Source: an uncultured bacterium
Lineage (GTDB): Bacteria; Auribacterota; JABMQX01; JAFGEW01
NCBI GenBank assembly: GCA_965369835.1
Contig: CBDUSE010000088.1
Location: 1 to 13,527, forward strand
Direction of reading: 5' to 3'
Length of the DNA: 13,527 nt
The stretch's first letter is position 1, and every line of letters begins with the position of its first letter. Shown here piece by piece: positions 13,249 to 13,527 of this stretch. The translations under genes and the position numbers were made by a program. Under the pieces are notes generated by a model that had not been told where the DNA came from, made no database searches, and worked only from the letters and a program-made list of their open reading frames with translations.

Positions 13249-13527
13249 ATAGAAAGTACATATTTGTACGTTTCAGCCATATATCGCGGAAAGCTTGAGC
13301 TCAGGCATGGCAACGCTAGCCCGCATTTCTCACCCGCCGAGCGTGCGAGGGCGCTCGATGCGATGGAACTGCCTTCACAAGAATCCGTTCTGTCGCTGAT
13401 CGCAAGCGGCCTGATCCAAACACGGTGTCACATAAAGCGATTCGGATTTTGGTCTTTGGGCGAGCACCCGAGTCGGCTTGAGCTGAAGCCGGCGCATGAA
13501 TCCAAGCCCCGCCAGGGGCGTCTGAGA

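Overview
This is a GC-rich bacterial chromosomal segment with strong GC3 bias. I saw no rRNA, tRNA, CRISPR array or transposase. The two strands carry many long mirror-image 'shadow' ORFs, so I called genes only where I could see protein-family motifs together with a ribosome-binding site. Gene order from start to end: (1) the 3' part of cheA, running off the left edge; (2) a convergent HDOD-domain gene; (3) a cheY-cheX-hypothetical operon preceded by a sigma-54-like -24/-12 element; (4) a minus-strand operon of a standalone DUF3391-like protein, a Gfo/Idh/MocA oxidoreductase and a FlgN-like coiled-coil protein; (5) the most unusual part, a four-gene translationally coupled plus-strand operon (6837-12714). 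Its products are an excisionase-type HTH protein with a Cys4 zinc ribbon, a double-zinc-ribbon::SPFH/flotillin-like protein with no membrane anchor, a zinc-ribbon::FHA protein, and an active Hanks-type Ser/Thr kinase fused to an FGE-sulfatase-like domain. All four are predicted soluble and three carry zinc ribbons. I regard this operon as an uncharacterised cytoplasmic signalling or stress module and the best candidate for a previously undescribed system. (6) A convergent cspA-family cold-shock gene with a C-terminal low-complexity tail, a long 5'UTR and a recognisable sigma-70 promoter in the only AT-rich stretch of the window.
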